Shown here: piece after piece, positions 1 through 11,300 of the stretch | Position numbering within the stretch: position 1 is the first letter of the stretch | Layout: each line of letters starts with the position of its first letter | Source: Veleropilina oligotropha | Lineage: Eukaryota | Direction of reading: 5' to 3' | NCBI GenBank assembly: GCA_048128005.1 | Contig: JBEUKZ010000107.1 | Span: forward strand, 310,001-374,000 | Length of the DNA: 64,000 bases | Made by a program: the position numbers and the translations under genes | The notes under the pieces: model-generated | Seen by the model: only the letters and a program-made list of their open reading frames with translations | Told to the model about the DNA's origin: nothing | Databases searched by the model: none

Positions 1-2061
1 TGGGAGTTCGCACAAGACATCCACCCCGTCATTGTAGCATGGTTCGGAAAGCACTTTGCAGAGAATGGATGGGCACCAACCCCGCTGCTCGCCTTCCTCA
101 TAGACTCTGGACTGCTAAAAAGCCTCAAGATCCGAGAAGCCATCATCGCATTCAAAAAGCAGACCGATGTCTGGCTTCCTCCGGATCGTGACCAGGGCTG
201 CAGTATCATCGGCAAATTCACCCAAGGCGCCAAAGCTGACGGAAAGCGATTGACTCGTAGACTGGTGACCGACCAGGGTGAGCTCGACTTCCTCGTAAGA
301 GACACCCGCCAAAGCGGCACCCTGGTTGGCGCTCCTCAGAGATGCCCTATGGGGCACATCCTCACGTACTATGATGGCTCCCAGCCTCAGTACGCCCACC
401 TGAGGGCGTCCATGTTGGCCTATGCCCACATAAACCTCTTGAGCATGCTTCAGCGTTTCAGTGCAGCAGAAGCCGTCCGAGTAGCCACTGACAGCATCTA
501 CCTCAAGAAGGCCTCGTTGGAGAAGCTCGACGATGTCACGGTGTACGTTGCCCCCAGACTCTGCGGCTGTGGCGAGAAATCGTGCGTCTCATGTCTGATC
601 GCGGAGCCGTACCTTCCGCCAGTAGCACCGGCCCAGTGGCGTGACAAGGGCGAACAGCTGTATATGCCACAGGAACATGCCGCATACCTACCCAAGCCAG
701 AGTATTGTTGTGCCGCCAATTCCAGCCAGCCGAGCACCGCGCCATGCTACAATGACACACTGACCCACCATCGCCTGAGTTACCTCAACGGTGGAGGGGG
801 CTGTGGCAAGACTACGAGAGCGATCGAGCTCTTTCGGGCAAGGAATCCCGTCGTGTTCACACCAACCCACCGCCTCGCTAAAGAGATGCGGACCAGAGGC
901 GTCAAAGCCCAGACCTACCACAGCTTCTTCCGATGGAGCGGCCAGAATGACTGGACGCCTGACCGCATGGGTCAGAAGTTCATCCCGCGCGTCATTATCT
1001 GGGACGAGGTCTGTACTGTTCCCCGGGCTATTCTAGAGATGTTCTTGGACTGGCTGGGCCGCCACGAAGTGCAGGTTATCTGCTGTGGTGATCAAGGCCA
1101 GCCACCACCGATTACGGGCGAGATGCCGCACGATTGGCTGCGAAAGACCGCGGACTACTATGAAGAGATCGAAGTAGACTACAGGGCGAAAGACGACCCT
1201 GCCCTCCAAGCCCTGAAAAGACGTATCCGTCTCCGGCCCGACAAAGTCCAGTGCGACGAGATGCGACGGACCCTCCCCAGCTGCCTCGGATGGGACCGGT
1301 TCGTCAACACCTGGAAGCCAGGCGACCTAATCCTCACAAGCCGTCAGAAGGTCCGCGAACGGGCTCAAGAGCTGTTGCTCCAGAGGCACAAGGAGCACTT
1401 CCCAGACTCCATGGTGCCTATCCTGTACCACCCCAGGGACAGCAGAAAACAGAACATCATGGTAACCATTCCGGGCACCAGCGACAGAGAGGAGCTAGTT
1501 CTGAACGACGTCGTCGAGGTCACCATTGAGGCCGCTGAGCGGGCTATCCTGACCCCGGATTGGCGCCTGGGCTATGCCCTGACCATCCATTCGAGCCAGG
1601 GTCTTACGATTCACGACCCACAGAAAGTCTGGATCATCGACGACTACCTTCAGTGGAGTAATCTCGCCTACCTAGCCGTGTCCCGGGTGGAGCTGCTGCG
1701 TCAGCTCGAACGGGTAACCTGTCCACCGGATGAGGGTTCTGAGGACAAGCCCCGGCCCCAAACCGAGCAACAGCTCCGAAAGACCATCCAGAAAAAGCTT
1801 GTGGCGTACAAACGCCAGGACCAGGCAACGGGACTCCCGGGGTTTAACCTCAAGGTCGACGACATCCTGCGGCTCAGAGAGGCCCAAAACAACCGCTGCG
1901 CAGCATGCAACATAGAGCTGCTCTGGGCATATTCCCCGAAGGACACACAGCAGTTCAGTGTCGACCGTGTGGACAACAGCAGGGGCCACACCCGCGACAA
2001 CGTGCGCTTAACGTGTCTGGAATGTAACCGGAAACGAGGATTTGCGGTTGTTAACGCCTGA
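1..2061 (+). CDS. 3' part of PolB-helicase-HNH fusion, mirror copy in left palindrome arm (5' part outside window)
   Basis: Reverse complement of 8367-10427. Contains ATDS, GGGGCGKT, WDE, TIHSSQG and SVDRVDN..GH..N..CLECN motifs. Confidence 0.9.
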   Translation, partial: WEFAQDIHPVIVAWFGKHFAENGWAPTPLLAFLIDSGLLKSLKIREAIIAFKKQTDVWLPPDRDQGCSIIGKFTQGAKADGKRLTRRLVTDQGELDFLVRDTRQSGTLVGAPQRCPMGHILTYYDGSQPQYAHLRASMLAYAHINLLSMLQRFSAAEAVRVATDSIYLKKASLEKLDDVTVYVAPRLCGCGEKSCVSCLIAEPYLPPVAPAQWRDKGEQLYMPQEHAAYLPKPEYCCAANSSQPSTAPCYNDTLTHHRLSYLNGGGGCGKTTRAIELFRARNPVVFTPTHRLAKEMRTRGVKAQTYHSFFRWSGQNDWTPDRMGQKFIPRVIIWDEVCTVPRAILEMFLDWLGRHEVQVICCGDQGQPPPITGEMPHDWLRKTADYYEEIEVDYRAKDDPALQALKRRIRLRPDKVQCDEMRRTLPSCLGWDRFVNTWKPGDLILTSRQKVRERAQELLLQRHKEHFPDSMVPILYHPRDSRKQNIMVTIPGTSDREELVLNDVVEVTIEAAERAILTPDWRLGYALTIHSSQGLTIHDPQKVWIIDDYLQWSNLAYLAVSRVELLRQLERVTCPPDEGSEDKPRPQTEQQLRKTIQKKLVAYKRQDQATGLPGFNLKVDDILRLREAQNNRCAACNIELLWAYSPKDTQQFSVDRVDNSRGHTRDNVRLTCLECNRKRGFAVVNA

Positions 2062-3049
2062 GAACCGGCGGCAGCTGGGTATCACGAGGCACCACGAGAA
2101 GTTCCTCACGAACGAAGCCACGCGGTGGTCCATCCAGCAAGTAGTAGAGCACAGGCTCGTCAGGCTTAGTGACGGAGCGTCCAAGCCTGTAAACTTTTAG
2201 AGACCACACCGGGTCAGTAGCACGGCGATGACCCCCCTCCAGCTCACCATCGTAGTAAAGGTAGCGAACATCTACGTCAGAGGGGAGTTTCTGTTCCTTC
2301 CCCTGTCGGCCTGGAACAGTGGCGCCTGGCTTTTGGGCAACGCGAGGTGCCTTGATGGCGTCCTTGGGCTTTTTACCGGTCAGCCTGGTCACTTCCCCAT
2401 TCAAGGCCGCAACTACAGCTGCTAACCGGGCGACCCACTCAGTTGACCTTTGACCCTCTTTCGCAGACTCTGCAAACCGCATCTCTGTTGCATACTGGTG
2501 CCCGAAGAGCCGCTCAGCGAGCGTCCGGTTGAAGCGCTCCACAATGCCCTGATCGCGATGGATATCCACACGGCCACGCCTAACCTCGACGTTATTCTTT
2601 GCCAGCAGCTGGGAAACCGCGCCCATAAACTCTCGCCCTGGATCGACTTGAAGCAGTTTCGGCCAGCCAAGAGGACTCCGCCTGTAGATTCGGGCTAGTG
2701 CTTCAGCAACCCCTTTGGCCTCTTTTGTGACCAGAGGCTCAGCCTCTTTAAAGCGACTGGCCACATCAACCACAGTCAAAGCGTACTTGTACGTTTTACG
2801 GCCGACCTTGTCATGGGGCAGAAACAGGAGATCGGCTTGGTGAACCTCGTTCGGCGTCGTAACGTCAAACCGTGGTCTTGGAATCCGCCGTGGCGCAGGT
2901 AAATAGATCTGCCATATAGCCTGCCTCTTAAGCCATGTCCGGGCCTCCACTTCAGACGCCTTGGCAGCCTCCGCTAGTTTCTTTATCGCGGCAATGCCTT
3001 TCCAGTAGCCCTTAGGGCTGTAGTACATCCTCGCAAGCTTACTATCCAT
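2051..3049 (-). CDS. Retroviral-type DDE integrase (mirror copy)
   Basis: HQADL / VDPGREF / VERFNRTL catalytic motifs; one substitution (R vs W) relative to the 7379-8377 copy. Confidence 0.9.
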   Translation of the reverse strand: MDSKLARMYYSPKGYWKGIAAIKKLAEAAKASEVEARTWLKRQAIWQIYLPAPRRIPRPRFDVTTPNEVHQADLLFLPHDKVGRKTYKYALTVVDVASRFKEAEPLVTKEAKGVAEALARIYRRSPLGWPKLLQVDPGREFMGAVSQLLAKNNVEVRRGRVDIHRDQGIVERFNRTLAERLFGHQYATEMRFAESAKEGQRSTEWVARLAAVVAALNGEVTRLTGKKPKDAIKAPRVAQKPGATVPGRQGKEQKLPSDVDVRYLYYDGELEGGHRRATDPVWSLKVYRLGRSVTKPDEPVLYYLLDGPPRGFVREELLVVPRDTQLPPVLRR

Positions 3050-5148
3050 CAGCAATGTATTCCAGTAAACTGATCAGTCTCCAACAGGCTTCAGCTTCCG
3101 GAGCCGGTCGCTGCGCAGTGGTCGCCCGTAGGTTGGTCGGGCCCGAGAGCACCAGGACCGCGAACCGCACCATAGTCTTTTCGTCGCGGCGCCAGCAGTC
3201 GAGTAACGTAGTACTATAGCCGACCGCAAGCATAGCGCAGTACAGCTCTTCTGGGAGCCCCATTACTATACCTGGCACACGAAAAAAATGTCCACTGGAA
3301 ATAATTAGGCGAGCTTGTAGGCGACCAACCCGGTCGCAGCCATCCCCAGGATGATGAAGGTGATCTCACGTCCCTTCTGGGCATCGCTCGGTGTGTAGTA
3401 GTCAGACAGGGCGGGCTCAGGGCCACCCCCCAGGTCGGGGTCAAGGTTCTTGCCGGTGATCAATGCATACTCACGGATCGCGGCGTCAACATCCCGGAAT
3501 GTGCCAACGGCATGACCCTGGCGGCGAAGTTCAACGTTCAGCCAGTCGAGACGCTCTGCCCTCTGTTGTGACCATTTAGTCTGAGCAGCGTTGAGCTGTT
3601 CTACAGCAATGTCGTGGCGTTTACGCTCTGCATCGACACCGGAGCTGCGTAGCTTCGAGAAGAGGAAGTTGGAGCCGCTGAAGGCGAGGGCGTTGACGAG
3701 AGCGCCCCCAACCAGCATCGCAATGGAAGCCATTGAAATGCTGCGATTATCTAGCAAGGTCCCACTACTTCAATATATCGGCCGGAATGATGCCTTGCTT
3801 GATCAGCATGTCTTTCGTCGCCATGGCGAGCGATACGTCGAGGACGACCATCCCGACATCGTACCCCGTGAAGTCCAGTTTGGGGCTCGCTCCCTTGAAT
3901 ACCATCTTTGTCAGGCGTGCGTAGCCTATGGCGAGGCCTGACACTATAGCGGCGTGGTATACAGCGTTGCCGAGCATCTTTCCATCAGTGATTGGGGTAG
4001 TCATAACTGTTGAGTACTATAGAAATGCTACCGTTTGCGACTATTGCATATGAAAAGGGTTCTGCTTCTTCAATTCGATAGTGGGGGCGGCCCGAGAGCA
4101 TCGAGCGTCCGCGTCTGGTGGCTGTTGATGTGGTGTGGATGGACCAGGGTTGCTGCGTTCTGAGGACGTCTTCCAGACAACAAATACCAACGCAACCGTA
4201 CCGGCAGCGACGGCTACCTGGGTCCAATTAAATGGGTCCGATTTCCGTGTATCTGGCGCACACGGTCTTTCTGCGGCTGGAACCGCCTCCCCGGGCTGTT
4301 CTGATGGAACGACAACACTTGTTGGGGCACTCAGGTCTTCTTTCATTTTTCGAACCGCGGCCAGTAGCTTCTCCTGCTTGGCTTTTCGAGCAGCAGCGCC
4401 GGCCCGACCTGCAGCCACTTTTTTCGGGTCCTTTTTACTCACTGATGAGTCCGTCGAAGAAGTCACCCTCTCTATCGGCTGGCTCTCGATCGGCTGTCTC
4501 TCGATCACTTGGTCCACTTCCGGCGTTGTCATCTTGATCTGGTATCTTAGGCGGGCAAACATGTCCAAATTGGCAGTGCTTAGCCGTGGTCAACGCTGCG
4601 GTCAGCGGTGCGAGGTACATGCCATATTTATAATACAGCTCACAGCTTGCAGTGGTCAGGGCATGTGAGATGAACGGGTCGGCCTCGAGATCAGCGATCA
4701 GTCGTAGCTGGTTTGCTGGTGGAATGGGCAGGAACATCCCAGCTGCACCCGCATACAGCTGTATAGCAGCGGCCCCGAGGGTCTTCGTCATGTCAGCACC
4801 TAGCTTCGCTTCATACCGTGCGTGGTGTTTCTCAACCTCGTCGTCAGTCATATCGTCGATTCGGTCCACTGTGAGGTTACGCCCCATGTATCGGTGGGCC
4901 TGTCCTCCAACGGCTAATGCTGCAAGCCTCTCCCGTTTCTTTGCCATCCCTATGGAGCCAGTTTCAGGTTCCTCGTGCTGCGAGCAGCGTTTGGTCGTCG
5001 AGCGGGGTGAGCTGCTGCTCACGGTCGTTTCTTCCTCGTCATCCATGAGTTGATCGATGAGGCTGTCCATCCTTAAGCGTTTCCAACATCTCCTCGCCAG
5101 TCTAATATAGCGATAATGCCAATACCACAACGTTACGAGTAGCAACAA
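3042..5148 (-). other. Mirror copy of the small-gene block (five ORFs) of element A
   Basis: ORFs 3042-3278, 3305-3757, 3765-4004, 4041-4568 and 4435-5148 translate the same as those at 5232-7386; the last lacks its first residues because of the fold-back. Confidence 0.8.
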
Positions 5149-5154
5149 GATCAG

Positions 5155-5273
5155 CCCGTTGCTTATAGTGTGCTTTAGCAGCTACTTGGCTAGCCCTAAC
5201 ATCTACTTAGCAGCTACTTAGCTAGCTAGGCATGTCGGACGCGGTATACATAGCTTTTGCTTTCAGCCAGGGC
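5155..5273. other. Non-palindromic 119-bp spacer (loop) at the centre of the inverted duplication
   Basis: Bounded by GATCAG (5149-5154) and CTGATC (5274-5279). Begins with the last codons of the ATPase gene (DQPVAYSVL*), compare 21315-21344. Confidence 0.9.
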
Positions 5274-5993
5274 CTGATCTTGTTGCTACTCGTAACGTTG
5301 TGGTATTGGCATTATCGCTATATTAGACTGGCGAGGAGATGTTGGAAACGCTTAAGGATGGACAGCCTCATCGATCAACTCATGGATGACGAGGAAGAAA
5401 CGACCGTGAGCAGCAGCTCACCCCGCTCGACGACCAAACGCTGCTCGCAGCACGAGGAACCTGAAACTGGCTCCATAGGGATGGCAAAGAAACGGGAGAG
5501 GCTTGCAGCATTAGCCGTTGGAGGACAGGCCCACCGATACATGGGGCGTAACCTCACAGTGGACCGAATCGACGATATGACTGACGACGAGGTTGAGAAA
5601 CACCATGCACGGTATGAAGCGAAGCTAGGTGCTGACATGACGAAGACCCTCGGGGCCGCTGCTATACAGCTGTATGCGGGTGCAGCTGGGATGTTCCTGC
5701 CCATTCCACCAGCAAACCAGCTACGACTGATCGCTGATCTCGAGGCCGACCCGTTCATCTCACATGCCCTGACCACTGCAAGCTGTGAGCTGTATTATAA
5801 ATATGGCATGTACCTCGCACCGCTGACCGCAGCGTTGACCACGGCTAAGCACTGCCAATTTGGACATGTTTGCCCGCCTAAGATACCAGATCAAGATGAC
5901 AACGCCGGAAGTGGACCAAGTGATCGAGAGACAGCCGATCGAGAGCCAGCCGATAGAGAGGGTGACTTCTTCGACGGACTCATCAGTGAGTAA
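5232..5993 (+). CDS. Uncharacterised viral protein with possible N-terminal signal anchor (alternative start 5358)
   Basis: 253 aa; near-identical to 21376-22134. Confidence 0.7.
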   Translation: MSDAVYIAFAFSQGLILLLLVTLWYWHYRYIRLARRCWKRLRMDSLIDQLMDDEEETTVSSSSPRSTTKRCSQHEEPETGSIGMAKKRERLAALAVGGQAHRYMGRNLTVDRIDDMTDDEVEKHHARYEAKLGADMTKTLGAAAIQLYAGAAGMFLPIPPANQLRLIADLEADPFISHALTTASCELYYKYGMYLAPLTAALTTAKHCQFGHVCPPKIPDQDDNAGSGPSDRETADREPADREGDFFDGLISE

Positions 5994-6387
5994 AAAGGAC
6001 CCGAAAAAAGTGGCTGCAGGTCGGGCCGGCGCTGCTGCTCGAAAAGCCAAGCAGGAGAAGCTACTGGCCGCGGTTCGAAAAATGAAAGAAGACCTGAGTG
6101 CCCCAACAAGTGTTGTCGTTCCATCAGAACAGCCCGGGGAGGCGGTTCCAGCCGCAGAAAGACCGTGTGCGCCAGATACACGGAAATCGGACCCATTTAA
6201 TTGGACCCAGGTAGCCGTCGCTGCCGGTACGGTTGCGTTGGTATTTGTTGTCTGGAAGACGTCCTCAGAACGCAGCAACCCTGGTCCATCCACACCACAT
6301 CAACAGCCACCAGACGCGGACGCTCGATGCTCTCGGGCCGCCCCCACTATCGAATTGAAGAAGCAGAACCCTTTTCATATGCAATAG
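5860..6387 (+). CDS. Viral protein with basic KKDPKKVAAGRAG segment and one TM helix
   Basis: 175 aa; conserved with 22001-22528; hydrophobic VAVAAGTVALVFVVW. Confidence 0.7.
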   Translation: MDMFARLRYQIKMTTPEVDQVIERQPIESQPIERVTSSTDSSVSKKDPKKVAAGRAGAAARKAKQEKLLAAVRKMKEDLSAPTSVVVPSEQPGEAVPAAERPCAPDTRKSDPFNWTQVAVAAGTVALVFVVWKTSSERSNPGPSTPHQQPPDADARCSRAAPTIELKKQNPFHMQ

Positions 6388-6423
6388 TCGCAAACGGTAG
6401 CATTTCTATAGTACTCAACAGTT

Positions 6424-6663
6424 ATGACTACCCCAATCACTGATGGAAAGATGCTCGGCAACGCTGTATACCACGCCGCTATAGTGTCAGGCCTCGCCAT
6501 AGGCTACGCACGCCTGACAAAGATGGTATTCAAGGGAGCGAGCCCCAAACTGGACTTCACGGGGTACGATGTCGGGATGGTCGTCCTCGACGTATCGCTC
6601 GCCATGGCGACGAAAGACATGCTGATCAAGCAAGGCATCATTCCGGCCGATATATTGAAGTAG
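6424..6663 (+). CDS. Small hydrophobic viral protein
   Basis: 79 aa; one residue different from 22554-22793. Confidence 0.75.
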   Translation: MTTPITDGKMLGNAVYHAAIVSGLAIGYARLTKMVFKGASPKLDFTGYDVGMVVLDVSLAMATKDMLIKQGIIPADILK

Positions 6664-6694
6664 TGGGACCTTGCTAGATAATCGCAGCATTTCA

Positions 6695-7123
6695 ATGGCT
6701 TCCATTGCGATGCTGGTTGGGGGCGCTCTCGTCAACGCCCTCGCCTTCAGCGGCTCCAACTTCCTCTTCTCGAAGCTACGCAGCTCCGGTGTCGATGCAG
6801 AGCGTAAACGCCACGACATTGCTGTAGAACAGCTCAACGCTGCTCAGACTAAATGGTCACAACAGAGGGCAGAGCGTCTCGACTGGCTGAACGTTGAACT
6901 TCGCCGCCAGGGTCATGCCGTTGGCACATTCCGGGATGTTGACGCCGCGATCCGTGAGTATGCATTGATCACCGGCAAGAACCTTGACCCCGACCTGGGG
7001 GGTGGCCCTGAGCCCGCCCTGTCTGACTACTACACACCGAGCGATGCCCAGAAGGGACGTGAGATCACCTTCATCATCCTGGGGATGGCTGCGACCGGGT
7101 TGGTCGCCTACAAGCTCGCCTAA
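6695..7123 (+). CDS. Viral protein with hydrophobic N- and C-termini and central helical region
   Basis: ATG start MASIAML; conserved with 22825-23253. Confidence 0.75.
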   Translation: MASIAMLVGGALVNALAFSGSNFLFSKLRSSGVDAERKRHDIAVEQLNAAQTKWSQQRAERLDWLNVELRRQGHAVGTFRDVDAAIREYALITGKNLDPDLGGGPEPALSDYYTPSDAQKGREITFIILGMAATGLVAYKLA

Positions 7124-7378
7124 TTATTTCCAGTGGACATTTTTTTCGTGTGCCAGGTATAGTAATGGGGCTCCCAGAAGAGCTGTACTGCGCTATGCTT
7201 GCGGTCGGCTATAGTACTACGTTACTCGACTGCTGGCGCCGCGACGAAAAGACTATGGTGCGGTTCGCGGTCCTGGTGCTCTCGGGCCCGACCAACCTAC
7301 GGGCGACCACTGCGCAGCGACCGGCTCCGGAAGCTGAAGCCTGTTGGAGACTGATCAGTTTACTGGAATACATTGCTG

Positions 7379-8377
7379 ATGGATAGTAAGCTTGCGAGGA
7401 TGTACTACAGCCCTAAGGGCTACTGGAAAGGCATTGCCGCGATAAAGAAACTAGCGGAGGCTGCCAAGGCGTCTGAAGTGGAGGCCCGGACATGGCTTAA
7501 GAGGCAGGCTATATGGCAGATCTATTTACCTGCGCCACGGCGGATTCCAAGACCACGGTTTGACGTTACGACGCCGAACGAGGTTCACCAAGCCGATCTC
7601 CTGTTTCTGCCCCATGACAAGGTCGGCCGTAAAACGTACAAGTACGCTTTGACTGTGGTTGATGTGGCCAGTCGCTTTAAAGAGGCTGAGCCTCTGGTCA
7701 CAAAAGAGGCCAAAGGGGTTGCTGAAGCACTAGCCCGAATCTACAGGCGGAGTCCTCTTGGCTGGCCGAAACTGCTTCAAGTCGATCCAGGGCGAGAGTT
7801 TATGGGCGCGGTTTCCCAGCTGCTGGCAAAGAATAACGTCGAGGTTAGGCGTGGCCGTGTGGATATCCATCGCGATCAGGGCATTGTGGAGCGCTTCAAC
7901 CGGACGCTCGCTGAGCGGCTCTTCGGGCACCAGTATGCAACAGAGATGTGGTTTGCAGAGTCTGCGAAAGAGGGTCAAAGGTCAACTGAGTGGGTCGCCC
8001 GGTTAGCAGCTGTAGTTGCGGCCTTGAATGGGGAAGTGACCAGGCTGACCGGTAAAAAGCCCAAGGACGCCATCAAGGCACCTCGCGTTGCCCAAAAGCC
8101 AGGCGCCACTGTTCCAGGCCGACAGGGGAAGGAACAGAAACTCCCCTCTGACGTAGATGTTCGCTACCTTTACTACGATGGTGAGCTGGAGGGGGGTCAT
8201 CGCCGTGCTACTGACCCGGTGTGGTCTCTAAAAGTTTACAGGCTTGGACGCTCCGTCACTAAGCCTGACGAGCCTGTGCTCTACTACTTGCTGGATGGAC
8301 CACCGCGTGGCTTCGTTCGTGAGGAACTTCTCGTGGTGCCTCGTGATACCCAGCTGCCGCCGGTTCTCAGGCGTTAA
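7379..8377 (+). CDS. Retroviral-type (Polinton-like) DDE integrase
   Basis: YYSPKG N-terminus, HQADL, LQVDPGREF, GIVERFNRTL; 34 residues between the second D and the E. Confidence 0.92.
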   Translation: MDSKLARMYYSPKGYWKGIAAIKKLAEAAKASEVEARTWLKRQAIWQIYLPAPRRIPRPRFDVTTPNEVHQADLLFLPHDKVGRKTYKYALTVVDVASRFKEAEPLVTKEAKGVAEALARIYRRSPLGWPKLLQVDPGREFMGAVSQLLAKNNVEVRRGRVDIHRDQGIVERFNRTLAERLFGHQYATEMWFAESAKEGQRSTEWVARLAAVVAALNGEVTRLTGKKPKDAIKAPRVAQKPGATVPGRQGKEQKLPSDVDVRYLYYDGELEGGHRRATDPVWSLKVYRLGRSVTKPDEPVLYYLLDGPPRGFVREELLVVPRDTQLPPVLRR

Positions 8378-11300
8378 CAACCGCAAATCCTCGTTTCCGG
8401 TTACATTCCAGACACGTTAAGCGCACGTTGTCGCGGGTGTGGCCCCTGCTGTTGTCCACACGGTCGACACTGAACTGCTGTGTGTCCTTCGGGGAATATG
8501 CCCAGAGCAGCTCTATGTTGCATGCTGCGCAGCGGTTGTTTTGGGCCTCTCTGAGCCGCAGGATGTCGTCGACCTTGAGGTTAAACCCCGGGAGTCCCGT
8601 TGCCTGGTCCTGGCGTTTGTACGCCACAAGCTTTTTCTGGATGGTCTTTCGGAGCTGTTGCTCGGTTTGGGGCCGGGGCTTGTCCTCAGAACCCTCATCC
8701 GGTGGACAGGTTACCCGTTCGAGCTGACGCAGCAGCTCCACCCGGGACACGGCTAGGTAGGCGAGATTACTCCACTGAAGGTAGTCGTCGATGATCCAGA
8801 CTTTCTGTGGGTCGTGAATCGTAAGACCCTGGCTCGAATGGATGGTCAGGGCATAGCCCAGGCGCCAATCCGGGGTCAGGATAGCCCGCTCAGCGGCCTC
8901 AATGGTGACCTCGACGACGTCGTTCAGAACTAGCTCCTCTCTGTCGCTGGTGCCCGGAATGGTTACCATGATGTTCTGTTTTCTGCTGTCCCTGGGGTGG
9001 TACAGGATAGGCACCATGGAGTCTGGGAAGTGCTCCTTGTGCCTCTGGAGCAACAGCTCTTGAGCCCGTTCGCGGACCTTCTGACGGCTTGTGAGGATTA
9101 GGTCGCCTGGCTTCCAGGTGTTGACGAACCGGTCCCATCCGAGGCAGCTGGGGAGGGTCCGTCGCATCTCGTCGCACTGGACTTTGTCGGGCCGGAGACG
9201 GATACGTCTTTTCAGGGCTTGGAGGGCAGGGTCGTCTTTCGCCCTGTAGTCTACTTCGATCTCTTCATAGTAGTCCGCGGTCTTTCGCAGCCAATCGTGC
9301 GGCATCTCGCCCGTAATCGGTGGTGGCTGGCCTTGATCACCACAGCAGATAACCTGCACTTCGTGGCGGCCCAGCCAGTCCAAGAACATCTCTAGAATAG
9401 CCCGGGGAACAGTACAGACCTCGTCCCAGATAATGACGCGCGGGATGAACTTCTGACCCATGCGGTCAGGCGTCCAGTCATTCTGGCCGCTCCATCGGAA
9501 GAAGCTGTGGTAGGTCTGGGCTTTGACGCCTCTGGTCCGCATCTCTTTAGCGAGGCGGTGGGTTGGTGTGAACACGACGGGATTCCTTGCCCGAAAGAGC
9601 TCGATCGCTCTCGTAGTCTTGCCACAGCCCCCTCCACCGTTGAGGTAACTCAGGCGATGGTGGGTCAGTGTGTCATTGTAGCATGGCGCGGTGCTCGGCT
9701 GGCTGGAATTGGCGGCACAACAATACTCTGGCTTGGGTAGGTATGCGGCATGTTCCTGTGGCATATACAGCTGTTCGCCCTTGTCACGCCACTGGGCCGG
9801 TGCTACTGGCGGAAGGTACGGCTCCGCGATCAGACATGAGACGCACGATTTCTCGCCACAGCCGCAGAGTCTGGGGGCAACGTACACCGTGACATCGTCG
9901 AGCTTCTCCAACGAGGCCTTCTTGAGGTAGATGCTGTCAGTGGCTACTCGGACGGCTTCTGCTGCACTGAAACGCTGAAGCATGCTCAAGAGGTTTATGT
10001 GGGCATAGGCCAACATGGACGCCCTCAGGTGGGCGTACTGAGGCTGGGAGCCATCATAGTACGTGAGGATGTGCCCCATAGGGCATCTCTGAGGAGCGCC
10101 AACCAGGGTGCCGCTTTGGCGGGTGTCTCTTACGAGGAAGTCGAGCTCACCCTGGTCGGTCACCAGTCTACGAGTCAATCGCTTTCCGTCAGCTTTGGCG
10201 CCTTGGGTGAATTTGCCGATGATACTGCAGCCCTGGTCACGATCCGGAGGAAGCCAGACATCGGTCTGCTTTTTGAATGCGATGATGGCTTCTCGGATCT
10301 TGAGGCTTTTTAGCAGTCCAGAGTCTATGAGGAAGGCGAGCAGCGGGGTTGGTGCCCATCCATTCTCTGCAAAGTGCTTTCCGAACCATGCTACAATGAC
10401 GGGGTGGATGTCTTGTGCGAACTCCCACCCCACGACCTCAGCAAACCCGGTCCCGATATCTTGGGGTAGAGGACCGTTAATTGCGACCCGGGTCATGCTG
10501 TGGGTTGGGTGTCCGAATCTTTCGAAATAGGGCTTAGCCTCGCCCTTCCCCAGAAAGCTTGCAGGGTAGCAGGCTTTCATATCGATGCAGCAGACATCGC
10601 CCGTGTCGTAATTCATGGAATTCCACAGGCCGCCGTGGCCATGCTCTACGCAGGCCTTCTGGATATCATCGAGCAGGCCCGCTGGGGTAGGTTTCCAGCC
10701 GTTGGTCTCTTTAGCCATAATGCTAGCTGCATGGTTCACGCCAAAGGCTCGATCGGCTAGGGACTCGTTTCCCAGCGCTGTACAGGCTTCTTGGAGTATC
10801 TCGTGAGTCTCTTTTGTCCTGTACGTGCGGCCGTCCTGAAGCACGAACTGGTCCACGCCGAGCTGTCGGTCTTTACCGCCAAGGAGCCAGACAGCCAATG
10901 GCTCATTCTGGGTGGCTTGTCGGATAGCTTCCCAGACATCGCCCTCATACAGGTGGACCTCGCGAGACTGCGGAAAGTGTAGGTCCTTGGACCAGGCGTG
11001 GCCGTTGTGACAGATGAGTTCTACTGGTCTATGCCAGCCCTGGTACTTCCCACTGCTGTAGATGTCCTCGCCGGCAATATCTCTCAGTATGATCGCCCGT
11101 TTGAGGATCCTCTCGAGGATGGATATATCATCCACAGTGGCGCCTGTTACGTGGACTCGCTCTTCCCACTCCAGTATTTTCTGCCGCCTTGTCGGGGTGA
11201 GTCCGTGTCCTCTAAGGGCACCTTCGAAGTGCTCAACCACTCGTTGGGCAACGCAGTTGAGGTCGCCGTTCTTCATCGGAACCAGGTTGGCGGGGTTTGG

